From assembly GCA_043228905.1 (NCBI GenBank), contig JBHGNT010000007.1, forward strand, positions 14,260,001 through 14,324,000: a stretch of 64,000 bases of DNA, in the 5' to 3' direction. The notes beneath the pieces are model-generated. The model was given only the letters and a program-made list of their open reading frames with translations. It was not told the DNA's origin and made no database searches. Position numbers and translations under genes: made by a program. Of this stretch, positions 12,281-25,000 are shown piece by piece. Source of the DNA: Azolla caroliniana. Lineage: Eukaryota; Plantae; Polypodiophyta. Every line of letters starts with the position of its first letter. Position 1 is the stretch's first letter.

Positions 12281-15200
12281 TTTCTTCACATAAAATTTTA
12301 AAGCTTTTTCTTCTCCTTTTTTACCACCCAAAACCAAACCAAACGAAAAAAAGAGGCTCCTTGTGAATCCCATCCCGTGGCTTCTTTCTTTTTACCACTC
12401 AAAATGAGTAAATTTAACAACACATAGAGTTATGGGTCATTCATCCACAATCTCGCCTCATCTCTGTCATTGTGTTATAAAAAAAAACCTACTCCTACAC
12501 GATACGTCCATGTGACTCATCGATACCCCCCCGACATTCTCTAGCTCCGGAATAATCCAATCTGATGCGACACGGTCACTATGCACTTCAAAATTTGGGT
12601 GGTACGTACGTTTGATGGCTAAAACCCTCATATATTTTGCCTTGCCTACAAATGCTAATCATTAGGATCCATCTATATGATTCCAATATATCACTCTTCT
12701 CAAAAGCAATAGTAGAAATTGCCTCTTCTGTTATTCATACAAATTACAATACCCACATGCTCAAATGTACCATCGCAGTTCACACCCCATGTGCCGAACC
12801 CATTCTTGTTCAATGATCCCATCATAGAACCCATACATGCTAAAAGTATACCTACCCATTGCGTCCTAGGTTGTGGGCATGATGGGATAATGCCTCCAAT
12901 GAAGTGTGTTAGGTTGTGTGCATGATGGAACAAAGCCTCTAATGAAGTGTGTTATTCTATGACTAGCTTGTACATTCTTGATCAATGAGGTACCCTTACA
13001 TCCTAGGTGCGCGTGGTCGGATAAACCTCAAAATAAAAGTACAATGACATGAGAAATAGACAAACCTCAAACATTGTATTCATGATATGGAACTACCATA
13101 GGAGTGTCTCCGTGTATGGTTCACAAATACCCTTAATTATGCAATGCATTGGCCAATGGCAACATTGTTCTTAAAATGTCATGCATTATTTTCATCGTAT
13201 ATAAAGTGTTTCAATGGTACTCATATGGGTCAAGATACATGTGTTCTCAAGCTATCTCAACTTATGCTCCCAGGGTAGATTTTGCCCTCTACAAATTCAT
13301 GGATGATATGGATTTGTAAAACAACCTTATACTCATTTATATTGGATGCTAAGGATCTTGAATAGTCGTAAAAGGATGCCAACATGAGTCCTTGAGGCTA
13401 CCAATGAAGACTTGGAAGAGCTCAACACATAGATCATGCCTTATAGATACTACAATCTCAAGGATGATTGCCTTACCATTGTCATCATAAATCAACTTTC
13501 TATCATGGTGTTTATGCATGTAAGAACTTGTTAAATAACTCAATTGCCCATCTTAATAACTATTTGAGTGGATCAAATTGTAAAAGATATTGTATCCATT
13601 TAAAAACCTTGATTCGTTCTCATATTCAAACTAAACTCTTATCAGTCAATAAAGAAGCCCAATCAACATCCCTAGAAATCTCCATTGGTACTTGGGAAAG
13701 CAATATATCCTCCCCACATTTACATGTTTGTGTGTCTCCACATGTATTCACTCCCACTCCCCCCACTATCACAACTTTTTCCAACCCAAAAAAAACCCTA
13801 CTTTAACCCTTACAATGACCATCGTTCTTCACTCTCCAAAAAATACTAAGCATATGTATGGAAATAAAAGAACTCAACCATTGGTCCTCACGCCAACAAT
13901 CTTATAGTTTGATATTCAATTTTGAATGGAGAACCTCGATAATATCGCTTCTACTATTACTACCAATATTATCACTACTAGCTCAACAATCAAGAATTTA
14001 TGTTAGAAGAGCATTCTTATTTTCGTTAGTAATAGCTCAATAACCAAGGATTTCCTATCATGAGTCTTGGATAGACGCAATGAATCCACATCCCATTGCA
14101 CTTCATTTTGTTTTACCTTCAAGCATTGAACTATAAAAAAACTAATGGCCTTTGTGGAAATCCTTTGTGCTTATTGGCATGCGCTTTCAATCTTCCAATA
14201 TATTTGACCTTACTGAAGGTATGTTTTATAAGGTCAGAAAAGGAAACTCATTATACATTTGATGGAGCATATATACATAAGATGAATGTGGATAGCTTAA
14301 AGGACTTGGTGACATCCTGAATATATGCTAGAAAGTAAGGATTCCTATGTCTATTTGAATGGGAGACATTAGCGAAATGACTACATAAAGGACACTATAG
14401 AAAATCATAGAAATAGGAGGAGGTGCACAAAAAGAAATAATTTATCTGAAAATGGTGTGCGAGAGGACAATGTAGTTTAACACAGTGCCAATATATTGTT
14501 TCATTATAGGTTCACATGAATAGGTTTGACCTTCCTTGTCGCCTACATGCGTAGTACATTTCCATGTTCCCTGTTTTGAAGTGCAAAGTCCATGTATTAT
14601 CAATGTCTTTATACTCACTTGAACCATCAGTAATGAAATATGTGGTGAAAATGGTCACGTACTTGTTCGAGATTTTTGCATGAAAATGATGTCTAAAACA
14701 AAGGTAATACATGCAACAACAATACCTTTCTTGTACTACAATGGAAAATAATTGGTCAATTTGTATGTGTGCATAGTGATAGCCACATGCAACACAATTA
14801 AATGTGCATATAAATAGTCTCACGTTCATTAGCTCATCAATTAAAGATAGTTATTTTTGCATGACGATAATTTAGATATTGCTTAAGTCATTCACATTTA
14901 TAATGTCGAACATTTTTGTTTGCAATGAGTGGAAACTTTTTACATAGCTCGAGACCCGCCACCCAAAATGGTGACCAAATCGTTTTTTATAAAAGATAAG
15001 ACTCTTGAAATTGTGTGCCCGGAGACAATGCATCCTTTTTAGCAAATGGGATGAAGTTAAATTTATACTACAAATAATTAATATAATGTAGCCAACTTAT
15101 GTCGATTGAGGTAGATATAGTGTATAAGAAGAAATTATGATGGAACATGCCATACAAAACTAAAACTGTTAAATCAAACACACGATGGAACATGCCACTC

Positions 15201-18200
15201 TTGGACATCTCCCTCTACCCATCTCACTTCCATAGACATAATTCTGAATCGAATTTCATGCCAAATACACCAGCACACACACTTAAGAAGCATCAAAGAT
15301 CATACATTCCCCATTGGACTCTTCATTGAGCAAGATTTACCCACACCTTTCACCATTATCCTTCAAGTATGGTCCTAATTGCCTGATACATATGCTATTT
15401 ATAGTCAACCTAAAAGCTAATAATGATATGATATTTCAAGTGTTTGGGTAATTACAAGACATATAGAATGTTGTGTATTAATAACAAATCACATTACAAT
15501 GCTCAATTATAGAATAATATATTTTTGGTTAGAGTAAACAAATTTCATTATTTTCATCAATTTACCATTATATACTTGAAGTACGATATGTTTTAAAATG
15601 GTCCATTATTAGCTTATTATATTCTACTATCGTGATCAATTCAAAGAGATATAATTGCTATGCACATTCAATAAATAAAAGAGTTCTCTAAGTTCTTTGG
15701 CAAACTACTTACATCGAATAATAAGACAAAACAAACGAGGCTCAATATCTAAACCACAATTAGATTGGAGAAAGTTTTTAATTTAGTGTGTGTGTGAGTG
15801 AGAGAGAGAGAGAGAGAAAGAGGAACATAGTGAGAGAAGATAGATTTTATTTACATCCCCAAAGAATGTTTTGTATGAGTTAATGAGACAGAATTAGCTC
15901 TTAGTGTGTGCCTTAACATGAGACAAATTTGTCATTTTTGTAAAGAAACCCATCAACGTACTAACTATTAAAGGGGGAAGGGGTTGTCAATGAAGTGTCA
16001 CCCAATATGGATTATCCAACCCAAAAAATGTGTTGCCATATGAACAATATGACAATTTGATTCTTACATGATCAAAGGTGTCTTATATGTAAAACAAAAT
16101 CACAACCCTTGGCTCTATAACCTTGTAGGGTACAATATAATAGGTAATTTTTGGGCATGTCAACTACTCTTATGACAATTGATTTTGGAAGTGTGGGGTT
16201 TCCTTCGAGTCAAGGAAATAACAACATTATAACATTATAACTTTAGCCATATACTTTATTCCATGCATATAAGGAGACAATGAGAAAAGTCTTACTCCAT
16301 TATCATGAAACAAATTCACAAATTGGTAAGCTTTTTTTTGGGATCTAATATCTTCTTTTACTAGCTACTATTTTATATTTCATTTCTCTTGCCCCCAACT
16401 TATACTATCTTCTAAACAAACTATAATCATAATCAGGGGAGGTGAAGCCTCTTATTTTCTTAAGCAATCAATTATTATACACCCTGATTTAATTATGGCC
16501 ATATTGACAACTTATTTGTGTGTATCAACTATGTGTTTCTTTTCTATCAATTACTAAAGTCTGTATTATTTCACTCTCCTCATTTCATAACCATTGTATA
16601 TCAATAATTTAAAATTATGGTTAGGATGGAGTGTCCCTCTCCCTTTCACACTAGCATTGGGTCGGGGGAGTGGTTTCCTATCTCCAACCAATTTTGTAAG
16701 GCCATACCATTGAGTATTTGTTGACTTTGATGCTCATTGGTCACGAACAATATGTTTGCAACATGCAAACACATATTATAATAAAGCTTGACGAAGATAC
16801 GATAACATATAAACATTCGACATTGGAGCATAACTTCATGATGATAATTTGAAATGGATTTTTTGTTGATTTGACACTCCCCGCCCATGCAACATAGAAT
16901 ATATATAAACTTTCAAACATCTTCTCACGCACATGGTTGCAAACTTGATTGTTGATGTACCAACATCGACCATCGTCTTAATAGAGCTCAATGAAGATAA
17001 TGTAAGGTGTCAAGTTTGAAGAAGTCATGTAACGGTACACCTTGTATGTTTTGGTGCACAACAACCAATGTCATGCATGTCTTTGTAAAATTTAGGTTCC
17101 CCTTCGTGGGTTTTAGCTTAACCATCAGGCTAAGGGCCATGGGAAATTTCTCCTCTAGTGCCAAACTATCCATTGTTGAGTTTCACTTTACACAACATCA
17201 TATTGTTTTCAACTTTCATTTAAAGAATTTATACTGGATAACCTTGTGAGTTTATAAGGAATAATTTGGTAGAACATTCAAAATTTCTTGTATGATGTAA
17301 AAAACAACATTTTCACAATGCGTTTCCATGTTATGTCTCATTTCATATTCATACTTGGAAGGTGAAGATAGATTTTTATTACAATGGACCAAAATTTAAT
17401 AATTATGCCAAAATAGTTTCTCCCATTTACACAAACAATTTGATTATGAAAAAAAGGATATGGTTTTGAACTACATCATATACAAATCGCAAATTGGGAC
17501 CTCTAAATACTTTCCTTAAGAGGTAGAGCCTGGGATAATTAGAAACAAACATTCAATTGAGTTCCCATCTTATTCAACATTCACATTCTTATACAATTCT
17601 ATGAGATTTTTTCCAAGATTTGGTTGAAACATTGGCATTAAAGGAGAGGAAGAAGTTAAGATCTCAAGGGATTAATAATGAATGAAGGTGTCAACATGGA
17701 ATGCAAGAGGTATTTGTTCACACATTAAATTGCAAGAGTTGTGAGGTACTTCGATTTCTGGTCAATGGAATATTTAATGTGCAGTAGAGCATAATGATCA
17801 CAAAAATGTTGGATGCATTTTTTCCATGACGGGCTACCAACTATGTTATAATGGATAAATCTTGGTGATTATTTAGGCATATTGATGTTTATTTGAGATC
17901 TTTATCAACCAAAGTTATGATAAGAGATGCTTATGGTCAATAAATTATGGTTGAGATATAACATGAAGGACAACTTATATGAGTCGATATATATACATTG
18001 AATATATCACAAGGGTGAAAGTCATTATGGTAGGACTTCATTGTCCTCTACTCTCTAGTATGGACAACAATGGTTTCCGAATGGATTATCATTACTTAAG
18101 AGTTAGTCATGATACATTTCGATCATGAGAATCATTTAGGGAATTAATTGACTAATATGGGTCTCGATGAGTAGACGTTAATCTTGATGTTCACTTTGGG

Positions 18201-20496
18201 CAAGGATTGAAATTCATTACAATAAGGAAATCCTTGTATTATGTCTGCGTTAGTAGATGATCATATCATACTTTTGAGAACTATGCAGGATAACATTGCC
18301 AAAGCTATGGAAGCATGGGATCTATTTGTGGTAGCCTTTTTGTTTGAAAATTAACATGCATAAGTCAATTCTAAATTTATGTACAAAGACGAATCTAGAG
18401 GATCTTGGTTATGTAGCTCTTATTGTTCCTGTAGTAATGTTTGTATACACTTGGATCATCCCATTGGTTTGGGGTGTCAAATGAGAGTCTCATTTAATGG
18501 ACATCTTGAATGATTTAGGACAAATATTAGAAGTCACAAGCTTGGCCTTTTCATGTAAGACTTAAAATGTGCAGTAAATTATTATTCATATGGTTTTGTA
18601 TTACCTATCATTGTTACTATTGTTAAGAAGGGCAATTGAAACTTAGCAAACTCAATGTGGTTTATATCATGGAAAGGAAGGCTAAACGAGGCCTATATAA
18701 GGAAGCACAAAATCATATTTGTACTCCAAAAAGACTTGGGGCAATAACTTTAAATTTTCATGAACATACCGTGACTAAAAGATTCTCCTTTTTTATAGTA
18801 ATGTTTGAAGATCAACTATGGATAGAGACGATTGCTTTTTTCTTAGGGAAAGAGGGATTAAGTTTGGAAAAATGAAGATAGCAACCTCCTAGTGAAATGT
18901 ATTGAATAGTGACAGACAATTGAAATGTTCAAGGTTAATGATAGTTAAGCACTTTCTGGATTTTTGGTAGTGTATTTTGGAATATGTATAGTGGTATTCC
19001 CCACCAAAGAGAGAGAATACAAATTCCTTGCAATGGAGGTACCTTGGACTTCGAAAACATTGCAATGGGTGGGTAGGCATTCATTGCAACTTCAACTTCA
19101 TTGGATTACCAAGGCTTGGGTTGGTTACAACGTAAGATGCTATATTGGCTTAACCAAAGGAAACATGATGGCTTTTGAAACAACCATAACACGATTTAGT
19201 ACTAATAGAAATTGTAGATTTTTTAGGTTAAGATACAAGCTTAGCCAATTTTGCTTGAGCCTTCAGTTGAGTTGATTGGATAGGAATGGGAAGGCTTACA
19301 AAAAGTAAAAACAAACAATGTTTATCATAAGCTAATTTACATGCATGGGTGGATGGTAGGGATGATTAATAAAGAACGATGAATTTTGAAGACCATAATG
19401 TGGCAACAAAAGTGTGGTAAAAATACGTAGTCACGAAGTTTCGCACGTGCGTGTGCTACTTGAGCGGAACCATGGGGGTCTTGGACTAGGGAGTCAGAGT
19501 AATGGAGAAGTTCAAAGATGCGCCTTACTGAAAAAGCTCCTCGTTGAGTATTGCCACTCGTCGAGCTTTCGGGTTCGTCGAGTGTTCACACTCATCAAGT
19601 ATTAAGCTCATCGAGTGTTGATACTCATTGAGTTTTTGGGCTCGTTGAGTGTTCACATTCGTCGAGCTTTCTTACACCCGACGAGCGTTCACTTGTCAAC
19701 CTTTTGCGCTCGTCGACCTTTCATGCCAACAAACATTCCTCTTGCCGGGAGACTTAGGGTTTTGGGTGATTAATGTGATAACCCTTGCGAAGATTAACAC
19801 TAGTTTGAGGGATTAACACGAGATTAGGACAAATAATGAGGAAAACAATGAGAGATCCCTTTAAAAAATTAGGGTTTACAACTTTCGGCCATCGGTTTAT
19901 CACTGCAGAACGAATTACAAGGGCTTGGTTTACAAAGGTAATAATTGAAATGTAAGAGAAAGTAAAATCTTTTCAAAAGGATTCGTGAATGAAGAGGTTG
20001 TATGAACATTTCAGAAAGCAATTCCTGAGTTTGGTGATTCGGCTCAACGATCAACAACTTCGTTGCCTCTTGTTGATGTTGTTCCTTCACGCTCTCTTGA
20101 TTTGAATCTCCATTAATTCTTTCACTTCTTCCAAATTTTGGCAGAACTTTCGCATCCTTCCTCTTTCCCCCCCTTGTCGAATACGGTCACATAATGGTCA
20201 TAGTCACATTGTCTAGTTGGACATATTAGATTTGTAATAATAGAAAGGGCGTTTGCCCTAACTTGCGTTAGAATATAAACAAGCTTGTATTTTCTGTTCT
20301 TGTTCTTGTTGCCCATTTTGAAATATACAATGTATATCATTGTGCTAGTCATCTCTCACTCCTGTCTATCTTGCATTCATAGAACGTAATATTCGTGTTC
20401 GTGCAAGCATTCCAACGTTTGGAAATGAACACGTTTGAAATGGGAAAAATACATACTCCTTTATTTCTTTTTTTTTTTCATTTATTATCATTACAA

Positions 20497-20720
20497 TTTA
20501 GCTCACCCTAGTGGTAAGGAGTCATGCTATTGCTGTCTATGTCTTGGGTTTGATTCCAAATTTTCTCATCTCTCTCTCTCATTAGTACCATGTCATAGCA
20601 AAATTTTATGTTAGTGTTATAATAGTTTTTTTCTTTTATTTTTTGATTATTACAACTAAGCACAACCTAGTGGTAAGTTGTTGTGCTACTATTACTTGTG
20701 TCTTGAGTTCAATTCCCACG
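20497..20720 (+). other. Two tandem degenerate tRNA-derived (SINE-head-like) segments
   Basis: Both copies (~20497-20560 and ~20657-20720) have an A-box-like CCTAGTGGTAAG and a B-box-like GGGTTTGATTCC or GAGTTCAATTCC at tRNA-like spacing. Confidence 0.45.
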
Positions 20721-20730
20721 CTTCTTCCCC

Positions 20731-21332
20731 CACGTGTGGAGGCATTAGAAACGAAGATGTTAGGATACCCATCAATTCAGATATTAGTTCCCTCAATGGA
20801 AAATTTACCGTCTAAGGTACTTTTGCCATCAATTACTGGGAATTCGACATTCATGCAAAAACTAGAATATGTAGGTATGCCCGAACAATGCTTTTATTGT
20901 AAACAGAAAGGTCATGTATTAAAAGATTGTCCAAAAAAAAAACGGGATTCGGATCCCAGAATGGTCCAAGTAATGAACATATAGAGGCGAATCAATTTTA
21001 TTTGAATAAAAGTCAACAATCACATCTTGGTGAAGGAATTGAGAAAGGGAAGAATGTTCAAGCTTCCAAGGATGATAAAGGGAAAAGTATTCAACCCTTT
21101 CAAGATGAGGTGTGGAAACCAGTTGGAAAAAAGCACGCAATACCTAATAAGATCATAGAATCTAATAGTGATCACGTAAATATAAGCCGTTATGAAGTCT
21201 TACAAGAATTGGATAACTCTGCCTCAAAATAATGTTCAGTTATGCCAAACCAGTGAGGGTTCTGAACATGCTACTCTTGCTAGAGAAGAGACCGAATCAG
21301 TCAATAATCTCGTTATGTCCACTCAAAGTAAA
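20731..21332 (+). pseudogene. LINE ORF1, upstream piece with CCHC zinc knuckle
   Basis: QKLEYVGMPEQCFYCKQKGHVLKDCP (Cx2Cx4Hx4C) is typical of plant L1 ORF1. There is a frameshift in the A-run at ~20935. Confidence 0.8.
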
Positions 21333-21654
21333 TGTTGAGCGTCAAGCTCAACTGGATCTAGATTGACATCCGGAAGGATGAGCCGGATCGGTGAGCTGGG
21401 GAGCCGGTTCGCCGGATCCAGCAGTAACCGGAAGCCTAGTAGCAGCCTAGACTACTAGGTAGTTAATGTCTCGTAGTTAGTGTCAGACACTCGTGTGAGC
21501 ATTGAAGTACACCGTACTTTTGTCAGTCCTCTTAGGACTTGTATAAATAGTGCTGTTGAGCACGTTGTATGTACAAAGTATTTTACAAAGTTGATGATAA
21601 TAGATTTAAGTTGTTCTGCTCTTTCTTTGTCTCTCCTGCGTACCTTTTGTGTGT

Positions 21655-21696
<42 letters not shown>

Positions 21697-22071
21697 TGCT
21701 ATTCGGCTAAGCCGGTTGTCTAAAGCTTCCGCACCTTCATTTTTACATGGTATCAGAGCGCGAGGGTTGAGAACCTCTGCAGCCGACATCAACATCTGAA
21801 GACAAACCCTAAGACCTGGTAATAACTAAAAGAGAAGTGATGGACAGAGGAATGGCTAGCTTGCTCCCAGTGGAGAAGCTCGAAAGATCCAACTACGCAT
21901 CTTGATCATACAAGATGCACCAATACCTGTTTGGGCAAGGGCATGGAGCTATGTCGACGGAGCTAACGACACAACACTTGATGTGGCACACAAGGACTTC
22001 CTAGTGTGGGAACAAGCAACAAGCATAGTGATGTACTACCTTGCGTCCAGTGTCGGAGACTAGTTGCTGAG

Positions 22072-25000
22072 TGTTGAGCGGCAAGCTCAACTGGAGCCGG
22101 ATCGGTTGAATAAGCCTAAGTTGACAAGCGAGATGGATCGGTAAGCTGTGAGCAACCGAGCCGGCAAGCAACAAAGTCGGTGAGCTAGGGAGCCGGTTTG
22201 CCGGATCCAATCAATAACTGGAAGCCTAGTACTAGTGTAGACTACTAGGCAATTATGGTCTCGTAGTAAGTGTCAGATGCTCGTGTGAGCATTGAAGTAC
22301 GCGGTACTTCTGTCAGTCCCATGAGGACTTGTATAAATAATGCTAGTGAGCATAGTTGTAAGTACAGAGTGTTTTTATGGTTTTTGAATATAGCCTTGAA
22401 GTGCTGCTCTCTCTGTCTCTCCCGTGTACTCTGTGTATTCCCTACCTTCTCTATTTTCTAATGCTTCTAACGCTTCCGCAAGTAATCGTTTACGTGGTAT
22501 CAAAGCGCGAGGGTTGAGAACCTCCTCTGCAACCAACAAACGCTTGAAAGCAAACCCTAACGGGTCGTAAAACAGAAGACAAAGGAGTGATGGATAGAGG
22601 GATGGCTAGCTCGCTCCCTGTGGAGAAACTCGACAAATCCAACTATGAATCTTGGTCGTATAAGATGCACCAGTACCTGCTTGGGCATGGCTACTGGAGT
22701 TTCGTCGAAGGAGCCAACGAAACAACACCTGATGCGGCACATAAGGACTTCCCAGTGTGGGAATAATCGACAAGCAGAGTGATGTACTGCTTCGCGTCCA
22801 ATGTTGGAGACAAGCTGCTGAGCCACATCCGAGATGCCAAGACACCGAAGGAGGCTTGGGGAAACCTGAAGAAGGTCTTCGCCACGAGCACTACGGCCCA
22901 GAAGTTGCAACTCCGACAAGAGTTGAGCAATGTCCGACAGAAGGACATGTCGGTGGCGGATTACACGGCCCGAATCAAAGAGATCTGTGACTCGCTTGCC
23001 TCTATCAATGTTACCGTAGAGGAAGACGAGATTGTACAGGTCTGTCTTGGGGGCCTGGCATCTAAGTTCAGAGCGTTCCGAACGGCTATGTGTACAAGGG
23101 AGAATACGCCGTCATTTTTCGACATACAATCGATGCTCCTTGTAGAGGAGAACCACGTCGGTGCATCAACTAGCCCACCCATTGACAGCCGGATGCTGTA
23201 CATGGAAGTGGATCGGTCCCGTGGGCATGGTGGACGAGGCGGGTTGGCACGCAATGGAGGCGGCTGGCAAGAGCAAGAACAAAGGCACAGAGAACGTGCC
23301 GACAACAGTTCCGAGACTTCCATAGGCAGGGGGAGTCAAGGCCGTGCCAGAGGCCGGCAACACAAATCTGCTACGGAATGCTGGTACTGTGACAAAAAGG
23401 GCCACAGAGAAAGCGAGTGCTAGAGAAAACGAGCCGATTTGGACAAATCCGGATCCGGCAAGGCCGACAAGGATAACTGGCAAAGCTCGCACTACGCGAA
23501 GGGATCGGGAGGATCCAAGAATGGTAACGGGCTAGCCTTGGTGATGAAGCACGAGGCAAACTCGATGAAGAAGACCACTTCCAAATCGGAGGAAGTGTGG
23601 TATGTTGATTCCGTTGCGTTGAACCACATGACGAACCACAAAGAGTGGTTCTCCTTTTTGGAGAAACCGGATCAACTAGGAGTAGTCGAAACCGGAGACG
23701 ACACTCCTCACCCAATTGTGCACGTCGGAGAAGTTCCTTTGAGCCACGTCGAACAGAAGGGGAAGCTGATGAACGTATTACACGTTCTGATGATCACGAA
23801 GAACCTGGTGTCGGTCGGATAGATCATCGACCAAGGGATGCAGGTGCGGTTTACGCACCTCGGGTGCTTCATCGAGGAAGAGGGCCAGATTATTGCGCAA
23901 GGGTGTAGAGACGGGAGGATGTTGATCCTTGACACCAATGACGTCGGCACCGCTCTGTTTGCAAAAGGACAGAAGGTTGAATCAGACATCGACCTGTGGC
24001 ACAAGCGGATAGGCCACGTCAATTACCTGAGGCTTCAAGACTTGGAAACGAAACAAGTTGTTTTTGGTTTGCCGAAGTTTAGCGGTCGGAAGGCCCAAGT
24101 ATGTGAAGCCTGCCAACTCGGGAAGCAACACTGGCTTCCATTCCCCACCAAACATAACCGGAGCCAAAACAAGCTTGACCTTATCCATTCGGATGTGTGG
24201 GGACCGACACAGAATGTTAGTCTTGGCGGGAGTCGATATTTCGCCTCCTTCATCAATGACTATACGCGACACACATGGATCTACCTCATTGAGCGGAAGA
24301 GTGAAGTCTTCGAGTGTTTCCGGAGTCTCCAAAGAATGGTGGAACAGGAATCGGGAAGGAAGATCAAATGCTTGCGGTCGGATGGCGGAAAAGAGTACTT
24401 TTCTGGCCAATTCAACAATTATTTGCAGCAAAAGGGAATTCACGCGAGAGTTCAGCTGCAGATACACACCGCAACAGAATGGTGTTGCCGAAAGGAAGAA
24501 CCAGTCGCTTATTGATGCGGCAAGGGCAATGCTGGAGGAGAAGAGCATGCCCAAATTCTACTGGGCGGAGGCAGTCCAAACGGCTGTCTACATCCAAAAC
24601 CGGATTGGTGACAAGGTGTCAGCTCACGAGATGTATTTCGGGCGCAAGCCGAATTTGAGACACCTTAAGATCTTCGGTAGCATTGCATATGTGCATGTAC
24701 CGAAAGAGAAGCGGAGGAAGCTGGATGCAAAATCGGAAAAATGCATCCTAATCGGCTATGCTCAAGAGCAGAAGGGTTATAAGTGTTATAACCCCCGGAC
24801 AAAGCAGGTTTGAGTTAGTCGATATGTCGAGTTCGATGAATCGGCATCGTGGTACTCCTTACCGGATCTGACTTCCGAATCCGATCCGGTGCCAGTGGAT
24901 GAGGCTAGTGAGCCTGAACCGGCCCAGGTAGAGGATGATGAAGCGTGGACTCAGGATGAGAGTCTGGAATCGTTCCGGTTGAGCGGGCCAAACGAGAGAC

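Noticed and set aside
12600-19400. AT-rich region with coding-like patches (possible ancient DNA-transposon debris)
   Set aside because: Too degenerate: no catalytic motif, TIR or TSD could be identified by eye.
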